Assembly: GCA_023248155.1 (NCBI GenBank) | Contig: JAHFFE010000001.1 | Coordinates: 84,873-148,872, forward strand | DNA from: Candidatus Omnitrophota bacterium | GTDB taxonomy: Bacteria; Omnitrophota; Gorgyraeia; 1-14-0-20-64-10 | Direction: 5' to 3' | DNA: 64,000 bases | Shown here: in pieces, positions 21,540 through 32,836 of the stretch | How the letters are laid out: each line of letters opens with the position of its first letter | Numbering within the stretch: the stretch's first letter is position 1 | The notes under the pieces: generated by a model | What the model was told of the DNA's origin: nothing | Database searches by the model: none | Seen by the model: only the letters and a program-made list of their open reading frames with translations | Program-made: the position numbers and the translations under genes

Positions 21540-21650
21540 CCTTTTAAACTGGTCCCGAGAGGCCAGAAAAGGAGCGTGTCAGGTGCATAACGGAATGTTT
21601 CTATTTGATCGCTCGTCTGCGTATAGTGCGCGGATGAGCTTTTTTTATGC
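21540..21650 (+). promoter_or_regulatory. PyrR-dependent transcription attenuator: PyrR-binding loop followed by an intrinsic terminator
   Basis: GGTCCCGAGAGGCC (21551-21564) fits the PyrR box ARUCCNGNGAGGYU and sits in the hairpin CUGGUCC...GGCCAG. Downstream hairpin GCTCGTCTGCG-tatagtg-CGCGGATGAGC followed by TTTTTTT (21611-21647), immediately upstream of pyrR. Confidence 0.65.
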
Positions 21651-21659
21651 CCAAAAATT

Positions 21660-22205
21660 ATGGAAACGGGCATGAAGTCAGTCATTCTGGATGCCGAAGG
21701 AGTCCGCCGCGCTTTTATCCGGATCGCCCATGAAATTCTGGAACGGCACCGGATCATTGAAAATATTGCGTTAGTCGGCATCCGCTCGCGCGGCGTCTTT
21801 TTGGCCCAGCGATTGGCGGCCAATCTGAAAGAGTTAACCGGTAAAGCGGTCCTGGTAGGCGCGCTGGACATTACACTTTACCGCGACGACTTGAGCATGC
21901 TGGCTGCCAACCCGATTATCCGCGCGACGGAGATTCCGTTTGATCTGACCGGAAAACAGGTAATCATCGTTGACGATGTTCTCTTTACGGGCCGCACGAT
22001 CCGCGCTGCGATGGATGCGCTGATCGATTTGGGCCGCCCCGAAGCGATCGAGCTGGCCGTTTTAATTGATCGCGGCCACCGCGAACTTCCGATCCGTGCC
22101 GATTACATCGGGAAAAATGTTCCGACGGCCCGGCAAGAACTGGTGCAGGTCCGCCTGACCGAAATTGATCACGCTGAAGAAGTAACTCTGGGGGAGAAAC
22201 TCTAA
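21660..22205 (+). CDS. pyrR: bifunctional pyr operon regulator / uracil phosphoribosyltransferase PyrR (the conserved N-terminus suggests the true start is the ATG at 21672, MKSVILD...)
   Basis: PRTase motif [21 protein letters not shown]; PyrR family. Confidence 0.9.
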   Translation: METGMKSVILDAEGVRRAFIRIAHEILERHRIIENIALVGIRSRGVFLAQRLAANLKELTGKAVLVGALDITLYRDDLSMLAANPIIRATEIPFDLTGKQVIIVDDVLFTGRTIRAAMDALIDLGRPEAIELAVLIDRGHRELPIRADYIGKNVPTARQELVQVRLTEIDHAEEVTLGEKL

Positions 22206-23197
22206 TGGCCGCCTGGACCCGCAAAGATTTGCTGAGCCTCGAGGAACTTTCCAAGGAAGAACTGCTGTTATTGCTCGATCAGGCCAAGGCGTTTAAAGAA
22301 ATTTCACTGCGCCCGATCAAAAAAGTACCGGCGCTGCGCGGTCGAACCGTGGCGCTCTGCTTTTTGGAGCCGTCGACGCGGACGCGCGCCTCATTTGAGC
22401 TGGCCGCGAAACGGCTTTCAGCCGACCTGCTGTCGTTTCAAGGAAATTCATCCAGCATCACCAAGGGCGAATCGGTCGTCGATACCGCGCGCAACATTGA
22501 GGCGATGCGTGTGGATGTCATAGTCCTTCGGCACAACACCAGCGGAACGCCGGCGCAGGTGGCGCATGCCGTGAAAGCCAGCATCATCAACGCCGGCGAC
22601 GGTTCCCACGAACATCCGACGCAGGGATTAATCGATCTGTTCACCATTCAGGAAAAAAAGGGACGGATTGAAGGGCTGAATGTGGTGATCGTCGGAGATA
22701 TCCTGCATTCGCGCGTGGCCCGCTCCGATTTATGGGGATTAATGAAGCTGGGCGCTAAAGTCACGCTGTGCGGCCCCCCGACGCTGGTTCCGTCCGCAAT
22801 GGAACAGCTGGGCGCCAAAATCAGTTATCGCCTCGACGATGTATTGCCGAAGGCCGATGTGGTGATTGCGCTGCGGCTTCAGCTGGAACGGCAGCAGGAA
22901 AAATATATCCCGTCGTTTCGCGAATATACGCGGCTCTATGGCATCGACAGCGACCGATTGAAAAAAGCAAAACCGGATTTGACGATCATGCATCCAGGCC
23001 CGGTCAACCGCGGATTGGAACTTTCATCGGAAGTGGCGGACGGCCCGCAGTCGGTGATTTTGGATCAGGTGACCAATGGCATTGCCGTGCGAATGGCCGC
23101 GCTTTATCTGGTGGCCGGCATTCATCCGGCCGACGAAGAACCGGTGAGTGAGCCGGGCAGAATTGACCTGCCGGTTCGGGAGAAACAGGTCCGATGA
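22205..23197 (+). CDS. pyrB: aspartate carbamoyltransferase catalytic subunit
   Basis: STRTR, HPTQGL and ATCase motifs. Confidence 0.95.
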   Translation: MAAWTRKDLLSLEELSKEELLLLLDQAKAFKEISLRPIKKVPALRGRTVALCFLEPSTRTRASFELAAKRLSADLLSFQGNSSSITKGESVVDTARNIEAMRVDVIVLRHNTSGTPAQVAHAVKASIINAGDGSHEHPTQGLIDLFTIQEKKGRIEGLNVVIVGDILHSRVARSDLWGLMKLGAKVTLCGPPTLVPSAMEQLGAKISYRLDDVLPKADVVIALRLQLERQQEKYIPSFREYTRLYGIDSDRLKKAKPDLTIMHPGPVNRGLELSSEVADGPQSVILDQVTNGIAVRMAALYLVAGIHPADEEPVSEPGRIDLPVREKQVR

Positions 23198-24498
23198 GCG
23201 CGAAAACAATTTTATTAAAGGGCGGACGGCTGATCGATCCGTCGCAGGGCATCGACGGCCAGCACGATCTGTTGATCGAGAATGGCCGCATTGCGAAAGT
23301 CGGAAAAAATCTGAAAGCCGATTCGGCCGAAACGATCGAGTTAAAAGGCAAGATTGTCTGCCCCGGCTTCATTGATCTGCATGTCCATTTCCGGACGCCC
23401 GGACAAGAGCATAAAGAAACGATTCGCACCGGATCGCGCGCCGCGTTGTCCGGCGGATTTACGACGGTTTGTTTGATGGCCAATACCGATCCGGTTGTCG
23501 ATTCACCCACCATCGTCGAATTCATCAAGGGTGAGGCTGCGAAAGTCGGGCTAATTCAGGTTCTTCCATACGGCGCGGTGACGCTCGGTTTGAAAGGGGA
23601 AAACCTGACCGAGATGGCTGCTTTGCAGGAGGCCGGCGTCGTTGGATTCTCCGACGATGGAATGCCAGTTTCCAATGCCGGTATGATGCGCCGCGCGCTG
23701 GAATACAGCCGCGTAACCGGACTGCCGGTCATTGATCACTGCGAAGAAAAAGAGTTAAGCGGGCATGGCGTGATGCATGAAGGATTGACTTCCTGCCGGT
23801 TGGGATTGGCCGGAGTTCCGTCAGAAGCCGAAACGGTGATGATTGCGCGCGATCTTCTGCTGGCCGAGGCGACCGGAGGAAAATTGCATATCGCGCATGT
23901 CAGTACGGTGGCCGGCGCGGAATTAATCCGGGCCGCGAAAAAACGCGGTGTTCCGGTTACCGCCGAAGTGACGCCGCACCATTTGACGCTGTCGGAAGAA
24001 GCGCTGGAGAGTTACGATTCCCGGTTCAAGATGAACCCGCCGCTTCGCCCGAAAAAAGATGCACAGGCGCTGCGCGAAGCGCTCAACGACGGAACGATTG
24101 ATGCGATTGCCACCGATCATGCCCCGCATTCGTTGTCGGAAAAAGAAACAGGACTCATTCAGGCGCCGTTCGGCGTGATCGGGCTTGAGACGGCGCTGGC
24201 CGTTTTGTTAACGGAGTTGGTGCACAAGCAAGGTTTCTCTCTGGCAACGCTGATTGCCGCATGGACGCACAAACCGGCGAAAGTAATCGGCAGTGACCGG
24301 GGTACATTGGCCGTCGGGGCTCCGGCCGATATCACAGTCTTTGACCCGGAGCAGGAATGGAGTCCGGATGCCGGGCAAACCGCCTCAAAAAGCAAAAACA
24401 GCCCGTTTATCGGATGGAAATTGAAGGGCCGCGTGACGGATGTGTGGGTTTCAGGACAGGCTCGCTACCGCGATGGACGATTTTTAACCGAGGACTAA
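23194..24498 (+). CDS. pyrC: dihydroorotase (multimeric type)
   Basis: DLHVHFRTPG metal-binding motif; 434 aa. Confidence 0.9.
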   Translation: MSAKTILLKGGRLIDPSQGIDGQHDLLIENGRIAKVGKNLKADSAETIELKGKIVCPGFIDLHVHFRTPGQEHKETIRTGSRAALSGGFTTVCLMANTDPVVDSPTIVEFIKGEAAKVGLIQVLPYGAVTLGLKGENLTEMAALQEAGVVGFSDDGMPVSNAGMMRRALEYSRVTGLPVIDHCEEKELSGHGVMHEGLTSCRLGLAGVPSEAETVMIARDLLLAEATGGKLHIAHVSTVAGAELIRAAKKRGVPVTAEVTPHHLTLSEEALESYDSRFKMNPPLRPKKDAQALREALNDGTIDAIATDHAPHSLSEKETGLIQAPFGVIGLETALAVLLTELVHKQGFSLATLIAAWTHKPAKVIGSDRGTLAVGAPADITVFDPEQEWSPDAGQTASKSKNSPFIGWKLKGRVTDVWVSGQARYRDGRFLTED

Positions 24499-24499
24499 A

Positions 24500-25192
24500 A
24501 TGAACAAACAGTTTCGATCAATTGGAGTGGTCGGTTTTCTGTTGCTCGCGGCAACCGCCGCGTTCGCCGAAGATGCGGCGTTGCCAAACGAAGCTGTCGA
24601 GCTTCAGAAAAAAGCGGAACAGCTGAAAAGCTACAAAGCCTCATTCTCGCTGGCGGCCAAGGAAGAAAACGGGAAAGAGTTTAAGATGGAAGGGACGATG
24701 ATTTATCAAAAACCGGATCATCGCCGACTGGAAATGAAAGAAACCGGCACCGAAGGGGCTCCGCAGCAGCTGGTTTCCGACGGGAAAACGGAATGGCAGT
24801 ATTACCCCGAGGGGAAAGCCGCCTACAAAATAAACAATCCGCCGGCTGCGCCCGGACCGCACCGCGCGTTTGCCGACATCAAGCCGGGCACGGTCCGTTT
24901 TCTCGGAAAGACCGGCGACGGCCTTTCGTTTGAAGCCGAACCGCAGCCGAATGTTGTGGAACAGGCTCCCGTGAAAGTAGAAAAAGTCCGCCTGGTATTG
25001 GATGAAAACAACGGCTTGATTAAATCAATGGCACTGATGGGTGAAAACGGGGAAGAAGTGCTCACGCAGAAATTTTTCGACATTGAAACTAACATTGCGG
25101 TTCCCGACGACACATTCCGGTTTACGCTCCCCGAAGGTGTCTCGGTCATGGAAGTGCCGGTTCCGGGCACGGAGGCTGTCGCCGAACAATGA
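24500..25192 (+). CDS. periplasmic LolA/RseB-fold protein (signal peptide), inserted between pyrC and carA
   Basis: Signal peptide MNKQFRSIGVVGFLLLAATAAFA; ...FKMEGTMIYQKPDHRRLEM... and C-terminal ...FRFTLPEGVSVMEV resemble the LolA-like family. Confidence 0.5.
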   Translation: MNKQFRSIGVVGFLLLAATAAFAEDAALPNEAVELQKKAEQLKSYKASFSLAAKEENGKEFKMEGTMIYQKPDHRRLEMKETGTEGAPQQLVSDGKTEWQYYPEGKAAYKINNPPAAPGPHRAFADIKPGTVRFLGKTGDGLSFEAEPQPNVVEQAPVKVEKVRLVLDENNGLIKSMALMGENGEEVLTQKFFDIETNIAVPDDTFRFTLPEGVSVMEVPVPGTEAVAEQ

Positions 25193-26286
25193 CGCAGGCG
25201 CTTCTGGCACTGGAGGACGGGACCGTATTTCGGGGACAGGCGTTCGGAGCGCCCGGTGAAATTTCGGGTGAAGTGATTTTTAACACGTCGATGACCGGTT
25301 ACCAGGAAATCGTTTCCGATCCGTCGTACCGCGGCCAGATCGTCGTGATGACCTATCCGCTGATTGGAAATTACGGCGTCAACGCGGCTGACCTGGAATC
25401 ACTGAAGCCGCAGGCCGAAGGATTCGTGGTCCGCAGTTTAAGCCCGATGGCTTCGAGCTGGCGCAAAGAAAAAACGCTCGAAGAATGGCTGACGGCGCAC
25501 GGCACCGTGGCGGTCCAGGGCATCGATACGCGCGCGCTGACATGCCTGCTGCGCGAAAAAGGGGCGCTCAAAGGCGTCATTTCAACCACCGACGGCGATG
25601 CGCGCCGCCTCGTCGAGAAAGCGAAAAAATCGACGGGTCTGGTCGGCCGCGATTTAGTCAGCGAAGTCACCTGCGGCAAAATTCATCCTTGGCCGGAAGC
25701 TCCATCCGTAGCCCGTCCGTTCCGCGTGGCTGCCGTTGACTGCGGAATGAAGACGCATATTCCGCGCATGCTGACGCAGGCCGGCTGCCAGGTCACGATT
25801 GTTCCTTCCACGGTCCGGTATGAAGAATTAATGGAATTGAAACCGGACGGCCTGTTTATTTCCAACGGTCCCGGCGATCCGGAAGCGGCTGTCTCGCTGA
25901 TCTCCGTCGCGCAAAAATGCGTTGGGAAAATGCCGATCTTCGGAATCTGCCTGGGGCACCAGATCCTGGGCCTGGCACTGGGCGGAAAAACCTACAAATT
26001 AAAATTTGGGCACCATGGCGGAAATCACCCCGTGATGAATCTCGACACCGGGAAAGTGGAAATCACGGCGCAAAACCACGGATTTGCCGTCGATCCGACG
26101 TCAATTCCCGGCAGCGATGTCCGGATGACGCATCTGAATCTGAATGATAAAACCTGCGAAGGGATGCGGCATACAAAAGCGCCGTTGTTTTCAGTGCAGT
26201 ATCATCCCGAGGCCTCTCCCGGCCCGCATGATTCTCAATACCTGTTCGATCAATTTGTGACGATGATGAAAACGCAAAGGGCTTAA
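25189..26286 (+). CDS. carA: carbamoyl-phosphate synthase small (glutaminase) subunit
   Basis: GATase triad region GICLGHQILGLALGG; HPEASPGPHD. Confidence 0.95.
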   Translation: MTQALLALEDGTVFRGQAFGAPGEISGEVIFNTSMTGYQEIVSDPSYRGQIVVMTYPLIGNYGVNAADLESLKPQAEGFVVRSLSPMASSWRKEKTLEEWLTAHGTVAVQGIDTRALTCLLREKGALKGVISTTDGDARRLVEKAKKSTGLVGRDLVSEVTCGKIHPWPEAPSVARPFRVAAVDCGMKTHIPRMLTQAGCQVTIVPSTVRYEELMELKPDGLFISNGPGDPEAAVSLISVAQKCVGKMPIFGICLGHQILGLALGGKTYKLKFGHHGGNHPVMNLDTGKVEITAQNHGFAVDPTSIPGSDVRMTHLNLNDKTCEGMRHTKAPLFSVQYHPEASPGPHDSQYLFDQFVTMMKTQRA

Positions 26287-26290
26287 TTTG

Positions 26291-26935
26291 ATGAAAAACA
26301 AGATTCAGATTATTCTGATCGCCGTGCTCGTTGCGGCCGGTATTTGGTTTTTCTACACGAAGAAAACAACTCAGCCCGCCGCGGTTCCTGCCGCCGGTAC
26401 GGTCTCGCCGGCTTCCGTGACTGTTCTCAAGCCGGGCGAAAATCCGCCGGCAGCCCCGAAATCGAAACAACCGCCGGCTCCGCTGCGAATCCGTTTTGAA
26501 GCCAATGAACCGCCGGTACTTGGGAAACCGGCGCCGGTTGTTTTTTCGGTTTATCCGAATCCGGCAGTCTGGCCGAAGAATGCACAGGGCGAAGGACGGA
26601 TTGAATGGCTGCTGCGGATTCCTTCCGGCATCAAGCTGGAATCAAAGGAGTGGGAACCGGCAGCGCTTTCCGCGCAGGATAAAAATGAAGGATGGTCTTT
26701 GTACCAGTATGCTGAGAAAGTAACGATTCCGTCGGAGCCGGGCACCGAACCGCTCTCACAGCAAAAAGCGTTGTTGATTATCGCGGAACCGGGCGTCAAT
26801 TGGGTGATCACGGTCCGGGTGCGGATGGCGCATGGATCTGAATCGTGGCAGGCGTTTGGCGCGGTTTTCGCAACGGCCGACAGCCAAAAAGCTGAATTTC
26901 ATACAGCGCCAAAACTTTCAAATCAAAATGCCTAA
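26291..26935 (+). CDS. hypothetical membrane-anchored protein with a Pro-rich linker, inserted between carA and carB
   Basis: N-terminal [20 protein letters not shown], a P/A-rich stretch, then a ~130-aa domain of unknown function; 8-nt overlap with carB. Confidence 0.5.
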   Translation: MKNKIQIILIAVLVAAGIWFFYTKKTTQPAAVPAAGTVSPASVTVLKPGENPPAAPKSKQPPAPLRIRFEANEPPVLGKPAPVVFSVYPNPAVWPKNAQGEGRIEWLLRIPSGIKLESKEWEPAALSAQDKNEGWSLYQYAEKVTIPSEPGTEPLSQQKALLIIAEPGVNWVITVRVRMAHGSESWQAFGAVFATADSQKAEFHTAPKLSNQNA

Positions 26936-29900
26936 GCGGACAGACCTTCATAAAATTTTAATCATCGGGTCCGGACCGATCATCATCGGCCAGGCCTGCG
27001 AGTTTGATTATTCGGGCACGCAAGCCTGCAAGGCGCTTCGCGAAGAAGGGTACTCGGTTGTATTGGTCAATTCCAATCCGGCCACGATTATGACCGATCC
27101 GGAATTTGCCGACCGCACCTACATCGAGCCGGTCACGGCGGAGGCGGTCGAAAAAATCATCGCGAAAGAACGGCCCGATGCGCTACTGCCGACGCTGGGT
27201 GGACAAACCGGCCTGAATGTGGCGATGCAGCTGGCCGAGCGCGGCGTTCTTGAGAAATATAAGGTCCAGATGATCGGCGCTAACGCCGAAGCGATCCGGA
27301 AAGCGGAAGACCGCGAACTGTTCAAGCAGACGATGATAAAATGCGGACTCGATGTTCCGCGCAGCGGCGTTGCGCATACGCTCGAAGAAGCGCGCGCAGT
27401 CGCCGAAAAAATCGGATTTCCGAATGTGATCCGGCCCGCGTTTACGCTGGGCGGCACCGGCGGCGGCATTGCCTACAACCAGGACGAATTCGACCGGATC
27501 GCCGAGAACGGCCTCAGTTTAAGCATGGTCTCCGAAGTGCTGATCGAGGAATCGGTCGAAGGGTGGAAAGAATTTGAGCTGGAGGTGATGCGCGACCGTA
27601 ATGACAATGTCGTGATCGTCTGCTCGATCGAAAATTTTGATCCGATGGGCGTGCATACCGGCGATTCGATTACGGTAGCGCCCGCCCAGACGCTGACCGA
27701 CAAGGAAATGCAGGCGATGCGCAACGACGCGATCACGATCATCCGCGCGATCGGCGTGGAGACCGGCGGATCCAACGTGCAGTTTGCGGTCAATCCGCAG
27801 ACGGGCCGGCGCACCGTGATCGAAATGAACCCGCGCGTGTCGCGCTCGTCGGCGCTGGCCTCCAAGGCGACCGGTTTCCCGATCGCCAAGATCGCCGCGA
27901 AACTGGCGATCGGCTATACGCTCGACGAGCTTTCGAACGACATTACGCGGCAGACGCCGGCTTGTTTTGAACCGACGCTCGATTACTGCGTCGTGAAAAT
28001 TCCGCGCTGGGCGTTCGAAAAATTCCCGGGCGCCGATCCAACACTGACAGTCCAGATGAAATCGGTCGGTGAGGTGATGGCGATCGGACGCACGTTCAAA
28101 GAAGCGCTTCAAAAAGGGCTGCGCGGGCTGGAAATCGGCCGGTTTGGCCTGGGCGCCGATGGAAAAGATGCCGACTGGAATGCCGATGAACTGCGCAAAA
28201 AAATCCGGATTCCTAACGCTGAACGGATTTTCGCGATTCGCCAGGCGATGCTGACCGGAATTTCCGATGAGGAAATCCACAAACTTTCGAAAATCGACCT
28301 CTGGTTTCTGCGTGAAATCCGCCGGATTGTCGATGCGGAACAGCAACTGAAAAAAGTTTCCGTAAAAACAGCGACCGAGGAAATAGTTTGGGATGCCAAA
28401 CAACTCGGCTTCAGCGACCGTCAGCTGGCGTTTCTCTGGGGCAGCGATGAGATGGCGATCCGCCGCCTACGTCTCCAGCAGGGCGTAAAACCGGTTTTTT
28501 ATCTGGTTGATACCTGCTCGGCCGAATTTGACGCCTATACACCCTACTACTACTCCACCTACGAGCGGCCGCCGATTCTTCAAAACGAGATTGCTCCGGT
28601 TGTGCCTCGCAATGACAAGAGAAAGAAAATTATTATTTTGGGAGGCGGACCGAACCGGATCGGACAGGGGATCGAGTTTGACTACTGCTGCGTGCGCGCT
28701 GTTTTCTCGCTGCGTGAATCAGGTTACAAAACGATCATGGTCAACTCGAATCCGGAAACGGTTTCCACCGATTACGACACCTCCGACACGCTTTATTTCG
28801 AGCCGCTGACGCTCGAAGATGTTTTGAATATCGTTGATGTGGAAAAACCGGACGGTGTCGTCGTGCAATTGGGCGGCCAGACGCCACTGAACTTGGCGCT
28901 GTCGCTGGAGCGCGAAGGGGTTCCAATCATTGGCACCTCTCCACAGGAAATTGACCGCGCCGAGGACCGGAAAAAATTCAGCGCGATGATTGAAAAGCTG
29001 GGATTGATGCAGCCGCCCAACGGCACCGCGATGAAAACGGAAGAAGCGGTTGCCATCGCGAAACGGCTGACCTATCCGGTTTTGGTCCGTCCTTCCTACG
29101 TGCTGGGCGGCCGCGCGATGGAAATTGTCTACGACGAAGCCCACCTGCGCACTTATATGGAAAAAGCGACGCGTGTTTCGCCGGAACATCCGATCCTCGT
29201 CGACAAATTTTTACAGGAAGCGATCGAAGTGGATATTGATGTGATCGCCGACGGAGAGACCGCCGTGGTGGGCGGCATTCTTGAACATGTGGAAGAAGCC
29301 GGTGTTCATTCCGGCGATGCCGCGATGGCGATGCCGCCGCACACGCTTCCGAAATCGGTATTGGATGAAATCCGCCGCGCCAGCCACGCTATGGCGAAAG
29401 AACTTCACGTAAAGGGGCTTATGAACGCGCAGTTTGCTGTCAAAGACGGCGTTGTCTATGTGCTGGAAGTGAATCCGCGCGCTTCCCGCACGGTGCCGTT
29501 TGTTTCCAAAGCGATCGGCGTTCCGTTGGTGCGGCTGGCTGCCAAAGTGATGGCCGGACAGACGCTCAAGGAACTTGGTTTTACCGAAGAGATTCAAATA
29601 CCGTTCACGGCCGTCAAAGAATCGGTCTTTCCGTTCAGCCGGTTTTTCGGCGTCGACATCATTCTCGGCCCGGAAATGCGTTCCACCGGCGAAGTGATGG
29701 GCATCGACGAGTCGTTCGGCCTGGCATTTGCCAAGTCACAGATTGCCGCGTATCAGAAAGTTCCGTCCGAAGGAACCGTGTTCATCAGCGTGAAGGATCA
29801 TGACAAGCCCGCGGCAATTCCAATCGCGCGCCGCCTGGTTACACTGGGATTTAAAATTGTTTCCACGCGCGGCACCTGTGCCGTTTTGCGCCGCGAAGGC

Positions 29901-30212
29901 GTTTCCGTCGATGAAATCAATAAAATTCACGAAGGCCGCCCCGATGTTCTGGACCTGGTGCGTGACTCTAAAATTAACCTGATCATCAATACGCCGGCCG
30001 GCAAGGAAACGAAGGAAGATGAAACAAAAATCCGATCACTGGCCGTTGTCCGCGGAATTCCGTGCGTCACTACCATTCCGGGCGCGCAAGCGTTGGTGAC
30101 CGGTATTGAAGCGCTGCGTAAGGGATATGAAGTTCGCTCCATTCAGGAATGGCACCTGACGATTGCCGGCAATAAGACGCCGGTACGTCCGGTAGCCGGA
30201 AGCGTAAAATGA
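26928..30212 (+). CDS. carB: carbamoyl-phosphate synthase large subunit
   Basis: [30 protein letters not shown] with duplicated ATP-grasp halves and an MGS-like C-domain. The ORF-track start at 26832 is an upstream alternative codon. Confidence 0.95.
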   Translation: MPKRTDLHKILIIGSGPIIIGQACEFDYSGTQACKALREEGYSVVLVNSNPATIMTDPEFADRTYIEPVTAEAVEKIIAKERPDALLPTLGGQTGLNVAMQLAERGVLEKYKVQMIGANAEAIRKAEDRELFKQTMIKCGLDVPRSGVAHTLEEARAVAEKIGFPNVIRPAFTLGGTGGGIAYNQDEFDRIAENGLSLSMVSEVLIEESVEGWKEFELEVMRDRNDNVVIVCSIENFDPMGVHTGDSITVAPAQTLTDKEMQAMRNDAITIIRAIGVETGGSNVQFAVNPQTGRRTVIEMNPRVSRSSALASKATGFPIAKIAAKLAIGYTLDELSNDITRQTPACFEPTLDYCVVKIPRWAFEKFPGADPTLTVQMKSVGEVMAIGRTFKEALQKGLRGLEIGRFGLGADGKDADWNADELRKKIRIPNAERIFAIRQAMLTGISDEEIHKLSKIDLWFLREIRRIVDAEQQLKKVSVKTATEEIVWDAKQLGFSDRQLAFLWGSDEMAIRRLRLQQGVKPVFYLVDTCSAEFDAYTPYYYSTYERPPILQNEIAPVVPRNDKRKKIIILGGGPNRIGQGIEFDYCCVRAVFSLRESGYKTIMVNSNPETVSTDYDTSDTLYFEPLTLEDVLNIVDVEKPDGVVVQLGGQTPLNLALSLEREGVPIIGTSPQEIDRAEDRKKFSAMIEKLGLMQPPNGTAMKTEEAVAIAKRLTYPVLVRPSYVLGGRAMEIVYDEAHLRTYMEKATRVSPEHPILVDKFLQEAIEVDIDVIADGETAVVGGILEHVEEAGVHSGDAAMAMPPHTLPKSVLDEIRRASHAMAKELHVKGLMNAQFAVKDGVVYVLEVNPRASRTVPFVSKAIGVPLVRLAAKVMAGQTLKELGFTEEIQIPFTAVKESVFPFSRFFGVDIILGPEMRSTGEVMGIDESFGLAFAKSQIAAYQKVPSEGTVFISVKDHDKPAAIPIARRLVTLGFKIVSTRGTCAVLRREGVSVDEINKIHEGRPDVLDLVRDSKINLIINTPAGKETKEDETKIRSLAVVRGIPCVTTIPGAQALVTGIEALRKGYEVRSIQEWHLTIAGNKTPVRPVAGSVK

Positions 30213-31036
30213 TTCAGGCAACGGTCCCCGTTGTTTTCAATAAGCGGATCGCCAAAGATCATTATTTACTTCGCTTAAAGAGTTCGACCGTCGCCAAAAA
30301 ATCAAAACCGGGACAATTTGTTCATCTGCTGTGCGTCGAGAAACCAGGCATGGCCCCGTTGTTGCGCCGGCCGATCAGTATTTTTGACGCCGATCCAAAA
30401 ACTGGAACAATCGATCTGATCTATAAAGTGATGGGCGAAGGGACCGAGGTTTTGTCCAAAGTACGGTCGGGCGCGGCGCTGGATCTGTTGGGGCCGCTTG
30501 GTTCGACATTTCAAATACCGGCCTCCGTCCAAACCGTTTATTTGGTCGGAGGCGGTGTCGGCATTCCGCCGCTTTATTTTCTGGCCAAAGAATTAAAAAA
30601 GAACCACCGCGTAAGAACAGAAGTTTTTTTGGGCGCACGCACCAAGGAATGGGTGATTTGCGCTTCCGATTTTAAAAAACTGGGCGTTTCCGTTCATACG
30701 GCGACCGACGACGGCAGTCTGGGTCATCGCGGTTCCGTGGTGGATCTTCTGGTCTCTGTCATTACGCGTGAAACAAAGCAAGCCCGTCTCAAAGAAAAAT
30801 TAATTTGTATTTGCGGTCCGACCCGCATGATGCAGGCCGCTGCCGCGGCCTCCGGCCGGTTCGGTATCCCGGCGCAGGTTTCGCTTGAAGAACGGATGGG
30901 CTGTGCGATGGGCGTTTGCATGGGCTGCGTCGTTGAGGTCAACAGCGCGCCGGCCGGTTCGCATGCGCGGTTTCAGCGCGTTTGCACGGAAGGACCTGTT
31001 TTCCCATCGGAGGAAATCGTATGGAATATTCATTAG
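30209..31036 (+). CDS. pyrK: dihydroorotate dehydrogenase electron-transfer subunit
   Basis: FAD/NAD-binding domain plus C-terminal 2Fe-2S cysteines CGPTRMM...[13 protein letters not shown]. Confidence 0.85.
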   Translation: MIQATVPVVFNKRIAKDHYLLRLKSSTVAKKSKPGQFVHLLCVEKPGMAPLLRRPISIFDADPKTGTIDLIYKVMGEGTEVLSKVRSGAALDLLGPLGSTFQIPASVQTVYLVGGGVGIPPLYFLAKELKKNHRVRTEVFLGARTKEWVICASDFKKLGVSVHTATDDGSLGHRGSVVDLLVSVITRETKQARLKEKLICICGPTRMMQAAAAASGRFGIPAQVSLEERMGCAMGVCMGCVVEVNSAPAGSHARFQRVCTEGPVFPSEEIVWNIH

Positions 31037-31878
31037 TCCGGGTGTTTCGGTCTATTCCGGAATGGGTTCGTGGAAAACAACGAATCGCGCGGTGGATTTT
31101 GAAAAATCACTGTGACGCAAAAGACATAGTTGTGCAGGATAATAGAGGATTTTATTACCAAATTCCAAGCTTGAGAGAAACAATAAGTTTTTCATTGTGG
31201 GTGGATGGCTCATACGAACCGAAATTAATGAAAACCATCGAGAGGATGCTTGATCCCGGCGATTGTTTTGTCGATATCGGGGCGAACATTGGCACCTTTA
31301 CGATTCCAGCATCTCGGTGGGTGGGGTCTAATGGAGTAGTGGTAGCGGCAGAAGCTTCACCAAGCGTTCTTCCATATCTTCGTGAGAATGTTGCCCGAAA
31401 TATGGTATCAAATGCACGAATTATTCCTGTTGCTGTGGCCGGCCAATCGCTGGAAAAAATCGATTTTTATGAAGCACCCAAAGACAAATTTGGCATGGGA
31501 TCTCTTTCCCCCCAATTTTCGGCGCAGGCAGTTTCGGTTTTAGCAAAAACACTGGACCAAATTATAAAAGAAGAGGGAATCTCGCACGTTCATTTGATCA
31601 AAATAGATGTGGAAGGTCTTGAGGCGGAAGTTTTCCGTGGAGCAAAAAATATTTTATCGCAAAATCCATCCCCCATTATTTTCTTTGAGTTTTGTGATTG
31701 GGCCGAGGCGAGAGTTTCGAGCTTGAAGGTTGGGGAGGCCCAGAGTATATTGCTCGATTCGGGATACCAGATCTGGCTGCTGGATGATTTCATCAGAAAA
31801 AAGCCTCCACTGAGCCAGCCGTTGATCAAGGGGTTTGAAACGCTTGTTGCAATCCGGGATCCCAAAAATGAAAACTGA
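31021..31878 (+). CDS. FkbM-family SAM-dependent methyltransferase inserted between pyrK and pyrD (AT-richer than neighbours by eye)
   Basis: FVDIGANIGTFTIPA...AAEASP...KIDVEGLEAEVFRGAK matches FkbM motifs. Start MEYSLVR at 31021. Confidence 0.8.
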   Translation: MEYSLVRVFRSIPEWVRGKQRIARWILKNHCDAKDIVVQDNRGFYYQIPSLRETISFSLWVDGSYEPKLMKTIERMLDPGDCFVDIGANIGTFTIPASRWVGSNGVVVAAEASPSVLPYLRENVARNMVSNARIIPVAVAGQSLEKIDFYEAPKDKFGMGSLSPQFSAQAVSVLAKTLDQIIKEEGISHVHLIKIDVEGLEAEVFRGAKNILSQNPSPIIFFEFCDWAEARVSSLKVGEAQSILLDSGYQIWLLDDFIRKKPPLSQPLIKGFETLVAIRDPKNEN

Positions 31879-32836
31879 AATTTTCATCGGAAAATTAAAA
31901 CTGCAAAACCCCGTGATGGTTGCCTCCGGAACCTTCGGTTACGGCGAAGAGTACAACCGTTTGTATCCGGTGGACCGGCTCGGCGCGATCGTCACGAAAT
32001 CGATCAGCTTGAAACCGCGCTCGGGCAATCCGGCGCCGCGCATTTATGAAACGGCGTCGGGAATGCTCAATGCCATCGGCCTTCAGAATGTTGGCGCCGA
32101 TGCGTTCCTGAAAGAAAAAACACCTTTTTTGAATTCGCTGAAAAAAGCGAAAGTGATCGTCAACCTCGCCGGAGAATCGATTGAGGAATATGTGGAGCTG
32201 GCCCGGCGAATGGAGCGTGTATCCGCGGTGGACGGCATTGAGTTGAATATTTCCTGCCCCAATTGCGAGCGCGGCGGAATTGAATTTGGCGTTGATCCCG
32301 CTTTGACGGCGCAAGTGGTGGGCCGCGTGCGCAAAGTGACGCGCAAGCCGCTGATCGTGAAATTGTCTCCGAATGTCACCCAGATTGTCACAATCGCGCG
32401 CGCCGCCGTGGATGTGGGCGCCGACGCGCTGTCTCTGATTAATACGGTGTTGGCGACGGCAGTCGATATCCGGACCTGGAAACCGCGGATTGCCACGGTG
32501 ACCGGCGGGTTAAGCGGACCAGCCGTCAAACCGATCGCGCTGCGAATGGTGCTTCAGGTACACCGCGCGCTGCCTAAAGTTCCGCTGATCGGTATCGGCG
32601 GCGTTACCACCTGGGAAGATGCGGCGGAATTTCTGTTGTGCGGCGCCAGCGCCGTTCAGGTCGGAACCGCCAACTATGTGAATCCCAAAGCGCCGCTGCA
32701 AATCATCGATGGACTCAGCCGGTATTTGCAGGAAAAGAAATTAAAATCTCCGGCAGAATTGGTCGGAAAACTTCAGTTGCCCGGACAATGGCGCGGCGTT
32801 CCGCAGGTAATTTCCGGTGAGAGGAGAAAAAAATGA
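31868..32836 (+). CDS. pyrD: dihydroorotate dehydrogenase (class 1B catalytic subunit)
   Basis: MKTEIFIGKLKLQNPVMVASGTFGYGEEY...; TIM-barrel DHODH. Confidence 0.9.
   Translation: MKTEIFIGKLKLQNPVMVASGTFGYGEEYNRLYPVDRLGAIVTKSISLKPRSGNPAPRIYETASGMLNAIGLQNVGADAFLKEKTPFLNSLKKAKVIVNLAGESIEEYVELARRMERVSAVDGIELNISCPNCERGGIEFGVDPALTAQVVGRVRKVTRKPLIVKLSPNVTQIVTIARAAVDVGADALSLINTVLATAVDIRTWKPRIATVTGGLSGPAVKPIALRMVLQVHRALPKVPLIGIGGVTTWEDAAEFLLCGASAVQVGTANYVNPKAPLQIIDGLSRYLQEKKLKSPAELVGKLQLPGQWRGVPQVISGERRKK

Noticed and set aside
27519-28403. 294-aa minus-strand ORF inside carB
   Set aside because: Antisense to carB; Arg-rich low-complexity translation; no start or RBS context.
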